This document shows positions 52,430 through 64,000 of a DNA stretch of 64,000 nt, piece after piece (position 1 is the first letter of the stretch; the number at the start of each line of letters is the position of its first letter). The DNA lies in assembly GCF_000150275.1 (NCBI RefSeq), contig NW_002060958.1, forward strand, positions 876,272-940,271, in the 5' to 3' direction. This DNA is from Trichoplax adhaerens (lineage: Eukaryota > Animalia > Placozoa). Both the position numbers and the translations under genes were made by a program. The notes beneath the pieces were generated by a model. It searched no databases. It was given only the letters and a program-made list of their open reading frames with translations, and was not told where the DNA came from.

Positions 52430-54830
52430 AGGTCTAAATATTCTCTATCAAGCAAGTAAAGTTCTCGTACTCGAGTCCTGTTATAAGCTAGTAGTAGAAG
52501 ATTTTCTTTTTCTTGTCTCTAGTTATACCTTGACGTGGATATTAAAATTGTCTATAGTCCTCGTTAATCATTAGCGTAGTCACATCAATTGGATGGCAGC
52601 AAGTGGTTTAAGGACATTGCCTAGCACTATCAAGCTGTTGATTAATGAATGGCATTAGCGGCCACTTGAAGATTTTCTCCTAGTCTATGATAGACTGGCT
52701 CGCTATACGAAAATAGGACTAGTATGCATGAATGAATTAGTTTTTATCGTCAGTTGGAAAGAGTTTTTATGTTCACAAGCATAGAATAATAATAATACGT
52801 TATAAGCAAGGTAATGAATGATCTCGATCAAGCAAGTAAAGTTGTTTATGCTCGTCCTAGAGTCCTATTATAGACTACTAATAGATAAAGTTTCTTTTTC
52901 TTGTCTCTAGTTATACCTCTACTATGTCGAGAATGCAATCTATTGAGTTAAGGATATGCAAATTGTGTCTGGTCTTCTTTGATCGTTACTGTAGTCCAGT
53001 TATAGGCTGCTAATTAAATATTTTCTTTTCCTTGTCTCGAGTAATACATCGACGTAATGGATGCAATCCATTTCGTCTTGGACATCGAAATTGTGTCTAG
53101 TCCACTTTGATCGTTAATGTAGTCATCACTATTTGGCTGTAGGAAGCATTTAACGCGTTATAGTCTTCTAGTAGTACTGATTTGTTGATCAACGAATGAT
53201 ATTAGTCTAGAATATAGTTGGACAGAGTTTTACGTTAACATCATGGCTATTAGTATACGATAATAATAGTACGGCATCAACAGGGTGATGAATGATTTCT
53301 ATCTAGCAAATAAAGCTGCTTATACTTATTCTAGAGTCCTGTTATAGACTACTCGTAGAAGGCTTTCTTTTTCTTGTCTCTAGTTATACCGTGATGGAGT
53401 GAATACAATCTATTTAGTCATAGACATCGAAATTCTGCATAGTCCTATTTGATCATGACTATAGCCCTATTACTGTATGGACTGTTAATCGAAGACTTTC
53501 TTGTCCCTAGTTCTACCTTGACATAGCGGATGCAATCCATTTAGTCTTAGAGCTATTCGATCTGTACTCATACATAACAGTGCTGGTTTATTGATTAAGA
53601 AATGATATTGGTGGCTACTCGAAGAGTTCTCCTACTCTAGGAAATAATTATATTAATTATAGACTGTACCGGTATAATAAAATAGAAGTAGTATGCTTAA
53701 TTGAATTATCGTAGTTGTCATCATCAGTTGGAAAGAGTTTTACGGTAAAAGTGAGGTAATGAATGATCTCTATCAAGCAAGTAAAGTTGTTTCTGCTCGT
53801 TCTAGAGTCCTATTATAGACTGCTAATAGAAAAAGTTTCTTTTTCTTGCCTCTAGTTATACCTCCACATCGTGGATGCAATCCATTTAGACAGGGATATC
53901 GTAATTCTGTTTAGTCCTCTTGGATTAATAATTAGAATTGACTGCGGGGAGTGTTTTACACACCAGAGTCGCCAAGTAGTGCTAATTTGTTGATTAAGGT
54001 TAATGAATGATATTAGCGGCCACTTGAAGATTTTCTCCTAGGCTATTATAGACTCTACCAGCATATGAAATAGGACTAGTATTCTTGAATAAATTATTGC
54101 GTGGACAACTAGAATAATTTCTTCTAGTCTTTTATCGTCTCTCTATATTAACCTTGTGCTACTTGTGTCTATATAGGTAACTATTGGTATATTATTACTG
54201 CTGATTAGCAAATGATATTATCAGCCATCTAAAATTTTTTCTAGTCTTTTACAGATTGTATATCAAAATAGAGCTAATAGTCGCTAATAAACTATACTAC
54301 CAGCGACTAGAAGGTTTTCTTCTAGTCTTCCATCGTCACTTAGAAAGAGCTTTACACTAGTATCATGGGTATAAGTGTAGAATAGTAGCCTATATTAGAT
54401 GATAACGATAGCATTCAATATTGGAAGTATTTCACGATGTATTGCAGTCCAGTCGTACTGTCATGTCGTCGATCAATGACTGATATCATAGGCCATAGGA
54501 AGATCTTTCTCCTGGTCGTTTATATGCTGTAAATGAAAGTAGGACTAGAATAAGGAGTAGCATAAGCGACTAGAAGATTTTCTCCTAGTCGTATTAGTTG
54601 GAAAGGGTTTTGCGCCAATATTATGGATCAAAGTGTAAAATAACTGTATGAGGTGCATAGCACAAGATTTTCTTCTAATCATCTATGGTGTGCAGTTCCA
54701 AAGGGATTAACGTTAAGATCGTAAGCGAAAGTGTAAGCATACATAAAGTATTTTACGCTACATGGCTGTCTAATGGGTTTTATCAACGAAAAGGTTTTCT
54801 TCTAGTCTCTTATGGTCAGTTAGTAAGAGC
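52430..54830. repeat. Complex degenerate tandem region (~380-480-bp units with nested subrepeats)
   Basis: tatcaagcaagtaaagtt..gagtcct.ttatagactact..tttcttgtctctagttatacc at ~52445, 52825, 53300 and 53770. ttagcggccacttgaagattttctcctag occurs at ~52654 and ~54012. Confidence 0.85.
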
Positions 54831-56574
54831 TTCCGACTAAGATTATGATTCTAAGTGTAGAGAAAGCATTAGACCCTTTCGAGAAGCGCTGCAAGTGCAT
54901 TAAAACAATTTTATGATTCATAGCAGTCTATTGGCTAATATTCCATATTAATTACGGTAATTAGTGGATGATATAATTGCCGGCTACAGTATTTGAAGAC
55001 TTTCTTCCATTCTTGTACACGATATCCTCCATATGAAAATGGGACTGATACTGGCTAAGGTTTACTTCTAGCCTTGCATGCGGAGACAGAAAGAGTTTTA
55101 TGCAAGTTTCATAGGTAGAACGGAAGTATAGCATTAGTGTATAAAGTAACATGGCAGTACTCTTTGCTATTCTAATTTATACGGGTCTATACTGTACTCT
55201 TGGATAGATTAGCTCTAATCGATAGCTAGAAGCCGTATAAAGAGTTGGATAAGATCAAGATAATACCTTAAAAACTAAGCTCTTTAATCTCGTTAAAGGC
55301 CTGTGATGATATCTATAAAATGAGTCTACGACTACTGAAAATTGTACTGTGTAGATTACTACTGTCATGTAGCGGAGTCTGTGATCACTGCTAAAAGTAT
55401 AAAAAAACCTGTCTATAGAGAAATGTAGCCAAGTAAGTCTCTTATGATTGTCCTTAAAGCGAGACTGTAAGCATGAAGGACCTCTTACCGTATGCAAGCT
55501 TTCTTATTACTATTCTTAAAGTAATTCCGTTACCATTCGTTTATTGCCCCTTCGCTCAGTGGGCCTTAGGCAAGCTTGTAACGACTGAGAATCTCTTTTA
55601 AAGTATCCCAGATATTCTATTACAGTTGTTATAAAGAGACTGGGACAAGTGAGAATTTCTTAAAGTAATCAAGTAATATTTCTACGGTCTAGGAAAACCA
55701 ATTGTGGCTCAATGCTATGCAGACTCTTTCATTTTACCACAACTTTACTCCTATAGCCGTTAAAAAGTTCAATCCTAAAATAGAAGATTGGAAGCCAAGA
55801 TCATCAAAAATGAGCAATGTACTTTGTTTTAACCCATAGCCTCGCATGAATGATTAAACCTGTCCATTCTACGTAGAAAGACTTATGGATCTCTCCGTTA
55901 AGAGAAGAGTTCCATGGGCATGATATCGATTGGGTGTACTATGCATCAATTATGACCGCTCAATACGAGTAAATAACAATTCTTGACACTCTATTAAGGC
56001 ATAGAGATCCTGTGATTCAATCTCAGTCAGTAGTTTACACGAGAATATTACTCAAAATTGCATCTTTAATTAAGAAAGAAAGCAAAACAGAACATCAATT
56101 AATGATTTACATCACTCCTACCTCATGCTTAATACTTCCTGTTGGATTACTTTCGATAGCCGCAAATAGGATACTAATTAGTTCTACTATTGGTGTTTGG
56201 AGCTATGCTAAAATGGCAACGCTACTCCATTTATTTTAGTAGCAGAATGATCATCCAATGAATAGTTTGTACGCGTTAATTCTGTTGGCCGATCCAGCGC
56301 TGCTACTCTAAGTTAAAAATGACAAATATGTGGAATATTTATTTATACACTAGCGTAATTGACAATAATCTATCCATTTCGACCGGCGATTAATAGACTA
56401 TCAGGTTGTTTAAACAAATGGAGAAGCGCATTAATAGCCATTATGAGAGCCAACTATTGAGATCAGAAGCAGCCGCTATGGTAGACAAAAGCAACAAAAT
56501 TGTTTATTGTTGACATTCTTTATTAAACTTAATGAAAGTTAAGCGCTAATTGCATCTTTAATAGCTAATTGAAA

Positions 56575-56898
56575 TTAGCTATTAAAGACATACGGTGTTA
56601 CGGCCAATCCAGTCATTCCCCGGGAATGGCTGGTTCCCGGTGATGGACCATAAAACCAGAGACAAGCACTAAGCAAAATTCAATCGCTGCAAACAATTGA
56701 AAATGCTCAATGCAAGGAATAATTAAAATGCTCAATAGCTATTAAAGACATACGGTGTTATGGCCAATCCAGTCATTCCCTGGGAATGGCTGCTTCCTGG
56801 GGATGGCTGGTTCCCGGCGATGGATCGTAAAACCAGAGACAAGCACTAAGCAAAATTCAATCGTTGCAAATAATTAAAAATGCTCAATGCAAGGAATA
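56575..56898. repeat. Recent near-perfect ~160-bp tandem duplication containing a GC-rich hairpin
   Basis: agctattaaagacatacggtgtta.ggccaatccagtcattccc.gggaatggctg at ~56577 and ~56737. Confidence 0.9.
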
Positions 56899-56929
56899 TG
56901 TACAGTATATTGATGAACATAAAAATAGT

Positions 56930-57700
56930 GCTCTATTTTAGATAAACATTACAAAGGAATGCTTGCTATCTCGAAGCATTCTCACTGAAAATTAAAAAAA
57001 TAGTAAAGGAATTAATGTAACTAGTACTAGAAAAGAGTTCGGTAGCAATATAAACAATCACAACCTAAGACTTGCGAATGATTAGAAATATCTAATGCAA
57101 GAGGTACATTTATTTAAGCTTACAATCAGTGAGTGTGAGATAACTTGTACTCTACATATTCTAGACTAACAATGTCAATAAATGCTAGCTACCTCCAGAC
57201 ATCTTTCCTCTCTGAAAATTGAAATAAGGATGATGGTAAAGAAGTTAATGTATTTACATTAACATTCAATCAGTACTTGAAAACCTGTTCGGTAGCAATA
57301 GAGACAAGCAAAATTTAAGGCTTGCGAACAAATAAAATGCTCAATACAAGAAATGCCTGCTGTTTAGGCCTTAAGCTTGCAATCAATGAGTATAAGGTAG
57401 TCTATGCTCTGTTTTAGACTAACAATGTAAATTAATGCTAGCTACCTCTCGATATCCTTCCTTTCCGAAAATTAAAATAAATGACTAAATTAAAGAAGTT
57501 AATGTAAACAATTCCCAATGCCTTACTAACAACTGAAATGGCCAATTCAAGAAATACATTTATTTAGACTGTAAGCTTACAATCATTGAATATGAGATAG
57601 TTTGTGCTCTATTCTAGACTAATGATGTAAATTAATGCTAGATATTGACCCTTTCGGAAAATTAAAATTAGGATGAAGGTAAAGAAGTTAATGCAAACAA
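56930..57700. repeat. Degenerate tandem units (3-4 copies, ~190-250 bp)
   Basis: gaaaatt.aaa..taaagaagttaatg and tagactaacaatgt..aatgctagctacct recur at ~56987, 57214, 57467 and 57657. Confidence 0.75.
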
Positions 57701-58458
57701 TAAGCAATACGATTTGCTCTCTATATTACGAATGTGTTTGAAGAGACAGGGCAATAGATTATGACTAGCTGGAAGGGAGCCAACTTTAAAATCCATAACA
57801 GATAATATGATACAGACTTAATTAGCCAAACTCGATCTGCAAGGGAATAATTTATCCCTTATCTAATAGCTATTACCACATCTCTAAACTAATCAATCGC
57901 ATCCTGTGCACTGCTGCGACACAATATCAGTCAATAGACCAAATGAATACGTTAATCAATCTTACACCCCTTTTAAAATCAACTTTAAAGGGTGAGTTTT
58001 CATGTCCAAATAAATTACAGTCAATTCTACTTGTAATACCCTTGACGTTTATTATTTTGCAGTCTTCATATCCAAATTAGAGCCAAATTTGAATATCAAT
58101 GTTTTACATGCTATATGCACATAGGCAATTTTCAGTATGTCTACAACGACATCCATCCGAATATTAGTCATTATATTAAGTGAGATTCACTACCATAATC
58201 TACCACTATGGATTATTGATATTAAGGAATAAGCAATAGCACAATTTTTACAAAAAATTTGCTACTATTGGAGGTTAGAAAGATCCATGCAATGAGAAAT
58301 AATCAGACTAGTCCCGTCCTGTGTATTAATCTATCCTCTCTATACACCTCCAGTATCGATATTTACACTGCTTAGCATTATATCCAAAATTGTAAAAATA
58401 ATTCATTATTATGCCTTTGATCCACACTGATCCATCCTATAGTAATATGGATTTATGG

Positions 58459-61400
58459 TTATGACCAAATACGGATAGTAGCATCGGATCCTCCCGATAA
58501 CAAATATTCACCACTTTGATCGAAAGCAACCGTTTGCACAGCATCTTCATGGCCATTTAATGTCGTAACCTAACCAATGATGCAAAGAATCATAAGAAAA
58601 CATTCAAAATGCTCAGTTTATCAACACTGCTTAATCTTGATGTACTGTACATGTCATGATTGCATACCTTTCCAGTATTTACTTCAACCATCTTAATACT
58701 ACCATCATTGGAGGCTACTGCGAGTAAGACACCTTAAAAGAGAAAATACAGGAATTTGATGATTGTGGCAAGCATATTCTCATAGGATTATAGTTTATAT
58801 TTGGTCATTATAAAATGATGATCAGTAAATGGAATGGAAAATCAATTGGCTGTATTGGCAATGATGTCAAACGAATTTGTTACTGATGTATCGATAGGAG
58901 AAGAATAAAATGAGAGTAAAATGTCATTATAAGACAAACTCATTTATATAACATTTACACGCAAAAAATTTGTATAAAATAGGCATCATAAACTGAAAAT
59001 TACGCCATATTAATTCTATTCTAGTGTTTCATAAACCAAATATTACAGTTAGACTTTGATACTTCCGCCATAAGAATATGATGTTCTAATATAGCCTTTA
59101 AGATGAAACGAGAGTAAGGTACAACTAAAAGATAAACTCATTTATATAACACTTAAATACAAATTACTTGTATGAAACAAGCAACATAAACTCAAAATTA
59201 CACCACATTAATTTCATTCTCGTAGTTTTATTAACTAATATTAAAGTAAGACCTTGATACTGCTGTCATAAGAGTATGATCTATTAATACAGCCACTAAG
59301 GATGATTAAATACTCTTTCGTAAATAGTACATCTACTCCATCGTTCTTATGCCTATACAGAAATAATCTTACCTGTTGGGTCAAACGCAATCTTGTTAGC
59401 AGAATGAGGACCAACATCAACAGATAACTGCATTGATGATGTTGCTATATTCCAGAACTTTACGATTCCGTATGCATCACACGACGCAATGGTATCGCCC
59501 TTATAATATCAAAAATAACAGCACCTTATCACATTAAATCTCAGCCGTCTATTTCTACCCTTTAATATCTACTAGTTTACATCGATGTTTACAGTAATTA
59601 CTCGATACGCCCTCAGTAATTTTTAAACATCTTACCTTTAGGTTGAAAACTGCATCATTACATGAATGCATATGGCCGTAGAATGTTTGTACACATAGCC
59701 CCTTGGATCGAATAAATGACCATGATAAATAAATGATAAAACGTACAAGAATATATATATATACCGCTCCGATCTATTACTTCTAACTTCAAGTATCATA
59801 AGTGATCTACCAATTATTAACTATTGTGATGAATTACAGATCTTAACTTACAGTTCTAGCATCCCATAATGATACAGTCTTATCCGCCGAACTTGATACC
59901 AATGTATTTGAAAACGGCAAAAAAGAAACACTATTGACTGAGTCAGTATGACCTCTCAATGTAGTGCGGCAACGGATACTATCGAGAGTAAAAAAATAGT
60001 GGCATAAGATCATAGTCAGATGAAGACATAGCTTATTTCTAGAACTCTTTATAAACTTAGGCACACGTATCAGAGAAAATGCTATAGCAAAAGTATTACC
60101 TATTTAAATCCCAAATTTTAGCTGTATGATCTAAAGAACACGATGCAATAAAATCGCCACAAGTATGCCAAGAAACTCCCCAAACAGCATGAGAATGATC
60201 ACTAAATGTTTGCGTACATTTAGCTTTAGAAAAATCCCATATTTTAACCGTAGTATCTCCTGATGCTGTTGCTAATTTAGTTCCATCAGGATGGAAGCAA
60301 CAATCAGATATCCAATCAGTATGACCTTCACCAGTCATAACGGCCTCTCCGCTATCAATTATGAAAAATTCATAAGCATTCAATATTGTACTTGTAGAAT
60401 ATTTATAGCATTATCAAATAAGAAATATCTGTAGCTTTTGTCATGATTTCAAAGGTGTAAATTATCCACTATTGAACTGATATAATATTCATGGTGTTAT
60501 CAAATATCAATATTTATGTCTTGATTTTAAAGTGTTAAGTATCCACCTATTAAACTGGCATACTATTCATAGCGTTATCACATAAGAAATATCAGTATTC
60601 ATATCATGATTTTAAAGGTATTAAGCATCCGCTATTGAACTGGTATAGTATTCATAGCGTTATCTCATAAGAAATATCAGTATTTAAGTCTTGACTTTAA
60701 AGGTGTTAAGTATCCATAATTGAACTAGGGTAATAATATTCATAGCGTTATCAAATAAGGAATATCATCATTCATGCCATGATTTTAAACTGAAATTTTT
60801 TGTCAACAATTTAAGGTAATATACAAACAATCTTAAAAAAAATTCGCAATCACAATAGACCGAAAGATCGCTGGCCTACCTTGGTATTGCCCACATTTTC
60901 CATTTATTATCATCACTAACAGTTGCCACAATCTTCTTACGTGGATGGATAGCAATCCCACTGACGGCCATATCATGAGCTTCGATAGTATTACTTAATC
61001 GTAATCCGCCAGCTCTTGTTAAATGGATACATGGCGATTTTTGCATGGTCAAGTAGGGATTAATGCCAGTATCGGGAGGAAATTCTGAATCCTACATATG
61101 AAACAGACGGTGAGTAGGACGATGATCACATCCTCAGAAAAAACAGTATTGACTAAGTAGGACAGTCTTGAACCTGCTGTTTTGGTGATAATTTGTCTTC
61201 TACTGGCGATCGCTGGACGACTGCTTCATTACTACGATTTTCTCCTGTAGCATGGGAAGCCAACGATTTCTGAGAAGAAAGTGGATAAGCCTTACCAGGT
61301 AGATCAGTAGCAGCAGAAGTAGCGGTTAAAGGCGGAATAGTAGCCATTTGTTGTTGTAGAGCTAAAATAATGAGATTTGGCTCGATTAAAACAGCATTAA

Positions 61401-63940
61401 TTATAGCTGTAAAAGAAACTTTACTGTCATTCGATTATAATTTGACTATTTATACAACTATATATATAAGTATATACTATTATTGAGTATCTACATCTAG
61501 ATATATCTATTCAATTTCATTACATGTTATTTCTCCTCCTTGATCAGCATTCTTAAGGGTATTTTGCAACCTAACCAGCTGCAAAGTATAATTTTACGAT
61601 TAAGTTGTTGAGATTGGCCTACTCTATCTCATTAACTGACAAGATTTTGTTATAAGAATATGCCTGATGAAAAATACTATAAAATAAACTACCTGATTAA
61701 CCACTCGATCACGTTCCAACCGTGTTAACATTTTTTCTCTCATTGCCGTCTATTAATGGATAACATGAAATTTAGTGCTTTAAATAAGCTTTCAAATAAC
61801 AGATACAATTCATTTGCGTTCAGGAGTAAATTGAGAATCTGTTCTAAAAATAGCCTTATTACCTCGTATTTCTGTCGTAATTGAGTCAGTGTTGGTTCAT
61901 ATTGTGCATAATGCTTTTTTAATCTAATTTAAAATAAGTTCGCAGCAATGAATTAGACGTGGCTTAAACAGTTCATTGCGTATGAATTTATTTCAAACAA
62001 TTTGAAAAGCTCACTTTTTAAGATCGGATATTAATTTATTCTTTTCTTGAGCAACTCTTTGATGATGCATACGATGATAGTCCCTCTCTTTGCGTAATCT
62101 AATGTAAGTTTGTTTTGCATTTCTGAAAGCAAGTGAATTTAGCGGCATGTTACTAAGTGTAACTAATTTGAATGTCACGTTATAATTTCAAGAAAGAATA
62201 GTAAAGTCTTTCATTAATGTGTTAAACGAATTTTAAGTCTTATTGTTGGGCTATATCTGCTAGTATGGCATCAATCTAACTACTTTTCATGTATAATACT
62301 CGGTGCAGTTATACTAATCATATATATATATATATCACTGATATACATTAGTAGTACTTAGAACCTTTATTCCAGTGATATTAATCATTAAAACATATCT
62401 TGATTAATCCAATCATATAGAAAACTATTTTCGCTAATTGAAAATACAATTTATCCGAAGGGCTGAGGTAATTTGCATTAAAATAATTTGCTTACTGTGC
62501 AGCTGTCTTGAATTTCTCCACCTCGCCATGAAGAACTTTGATATCTTGATCCAATAGATCATTTCTAAAATAAATTTAATACATTCAATTAATATGTTGT
62601 AATCGTGTGAAATTCCTCATCTTGAACTTCGCTTTGTTTAAGTTATAACGAAAAAGCTATTCCTAAATAGAGATACTGGAATTGAAGATTGCAAATTTCT
62701 AGTACTTTGTGTAAATATCGGGCACCACGCTAACATCTTCTGGGTTTAACTGTCCTTTTTGCATCAATTCATACCTAAACAGTGTAGAGTTTTGGTAGTA
62801 AGGTTGATTAAATTTAGTTATTGTCGACTATTGCTACACATTTCAGTAAAAAGTTTACCATTCGGTTTGAAAGCAATCTAGAGTACGTGTTAATCCCATC
62901 TTCACGAAGAAATTTCGGACGAAGTCATCAATTAATTCTGGACGCTTTTAAACAAAAATAATTGCAATTGAAAAAGTTCTGTAAACTTTAGATTATAGGT
63001 TAACGAATATCAATTTGTTGAAGATTATAACATAGGATTAGGTCGTGAGTTACCTTTTGAAGTTTGGCTACGGGTACCGGCACAACCGTTTGCTATAATT
63101 AATTATTAAGTTAAAAAAGTGGGGGTATTTACTAACATGAAAATATAAACATCTTAGCCATCCTATTTTAAAAACAGTCTTTATGACTATGCTTACCGCT
63201 GCTTTAGAGTCTTCTTTCTTTTCTTGTAAATTTTTAACAGCTTTATCTAAGTTTTCTTCGCCATCTACGATAGTATAGATATTGGTAGGCATTAATAAAC
63301 TAGTGTACAGTATCCACTCAAGGCCATAAAATTTTTACCCATACTGTGATTAGACAACATTAAAATAGATGCCATTTAGACTGACCTGATATCGAATCGA
63401 CTTCATCATAAGGTACCTATTAAATGATATTTTAGGTAGTGAAGAATACATGCATCATTGCCTCTATCCAATTTCAAATTTTCGACGCTATCCATTGCAA
63501 TAAAATCATCATAGTATTATACCTCTTCATACTGGAAACCGTCTTCACTATCGTCTTCGATGGATAATTCTGTTTAGAATTTGATGTTAAGTCAAAGTAT
63601 ATGTGTATTCATCCGAAAGGAATAGTAGATTACAGAAAGCTTTATGTAGGTTCACTAGCTATGATAGAGCTTTCTCGTAAAATCAATTATTATCACATTT
63701 ATCAATACGAATTTATGAGTACAGACGAATCCACGATCAAGTTTTAGCAACAATATTTCACAAAGCATATAGCTAGTGCTGCAGATTGTCAAAGCAATGA
63801 ATGTCAATCATTGACCAATTCTAAATGATAACTAGTGAATTATAATGGGATACTAAACTATACGATTTAAATTTTGCTGGAGCTTAAAACTAAACGCACA
63901 GAAGGATACGTTCCAAGTAATAATTTGGATCGTCGGCCAT
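58459..63940 (-). CDS. SPAG16: Sperm-associated antigen 16 / PF20, axonemal central apparatus WD40 protein (multi-exon, complete)
   Basis: Exon 1 (ATG at 63940) [10 protein letters not shown] splices to [16 protein letters not shown]. LisH-like [29 protein letters not shown] (~62860-62945), coiled coil with [14 protein letters not shown], then WD40 repeats ([44 protein letters not shown]). Confidence 0.93.
58905..59300. repeat. Two ~198-bp tandem units in a SPAG16 intron
   Basis: gagagtaa..aaactcatttatataaca.tta at ~58912 and ~59110. Confidence 0.8.
60395..60790. repeat. ~80-85-bp tandem repeat (about 5 copies) in a SPAG16 intron
   Basis: attcatagcgttatc..ataagaaatatc..ttttaaagg..ttaagtatcca..attgaactg at ~60401, 60487, 60566, 60650 and 60738. 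Confidence 0.85.
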
Positions 63941-64000
63941 TGCAGCTATATACTATACTGATGTGTGCCTCCTCTAATTTTAGATTTCGTTGTTTCTCGA

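Noticed and set aside
56614-56628. COE/EBF or STAT binding site in the hairpin
   Set aside because: The spacing fits neither TCCC-NN-GGGA nor TTC-N3/4-GAA.

Overview
AT-rich, intron-dense eukaryotic DNA from a compact animal genome. Short GT-AG introns and gene content suggest an early-branching metazoan such as the placozoan Trichoplax; this is an inference, not verified. I assembled seven protein-coding genes by hand from exon translations: MFSD6-like (+, intronless CDS), a CaMKII-like kinase apparently lacking the hub domain (-), lunapark/LNPK (+), INO80D (-), HEXIM (+, intronless CDS), a full-length TRPM2 channel with a NUDT9-homology domain (-) and SPAG16/PF20 (-). The divergent INO80D-HEXIM intergenic region holds promoter-like segments, a ~313-bp tandem array and a GAUC/GAUC hairpin. 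Introns and intergenic DNA carry many degenerate local tandem duplications. Highlights: (1) human orthologues of most genes lie on HOX-bearing chromosome arms, yet no homeobox is visible here; (2) TRPM2 keeps an enzymatically competent-looking Nudix box and an acidic selectivity filter; (3) the kinase looks hub-less and has an altered T286 site; (4) there is a speculative 7SK-like or structured RNA beside HEXIM; (5) a ~39-bp-stem hairpin has only G-U substitutions. Exon coordinates marked ~ are approximate. No tRNA, rRNA, CRISPR array or autonomous transposon was recognised.
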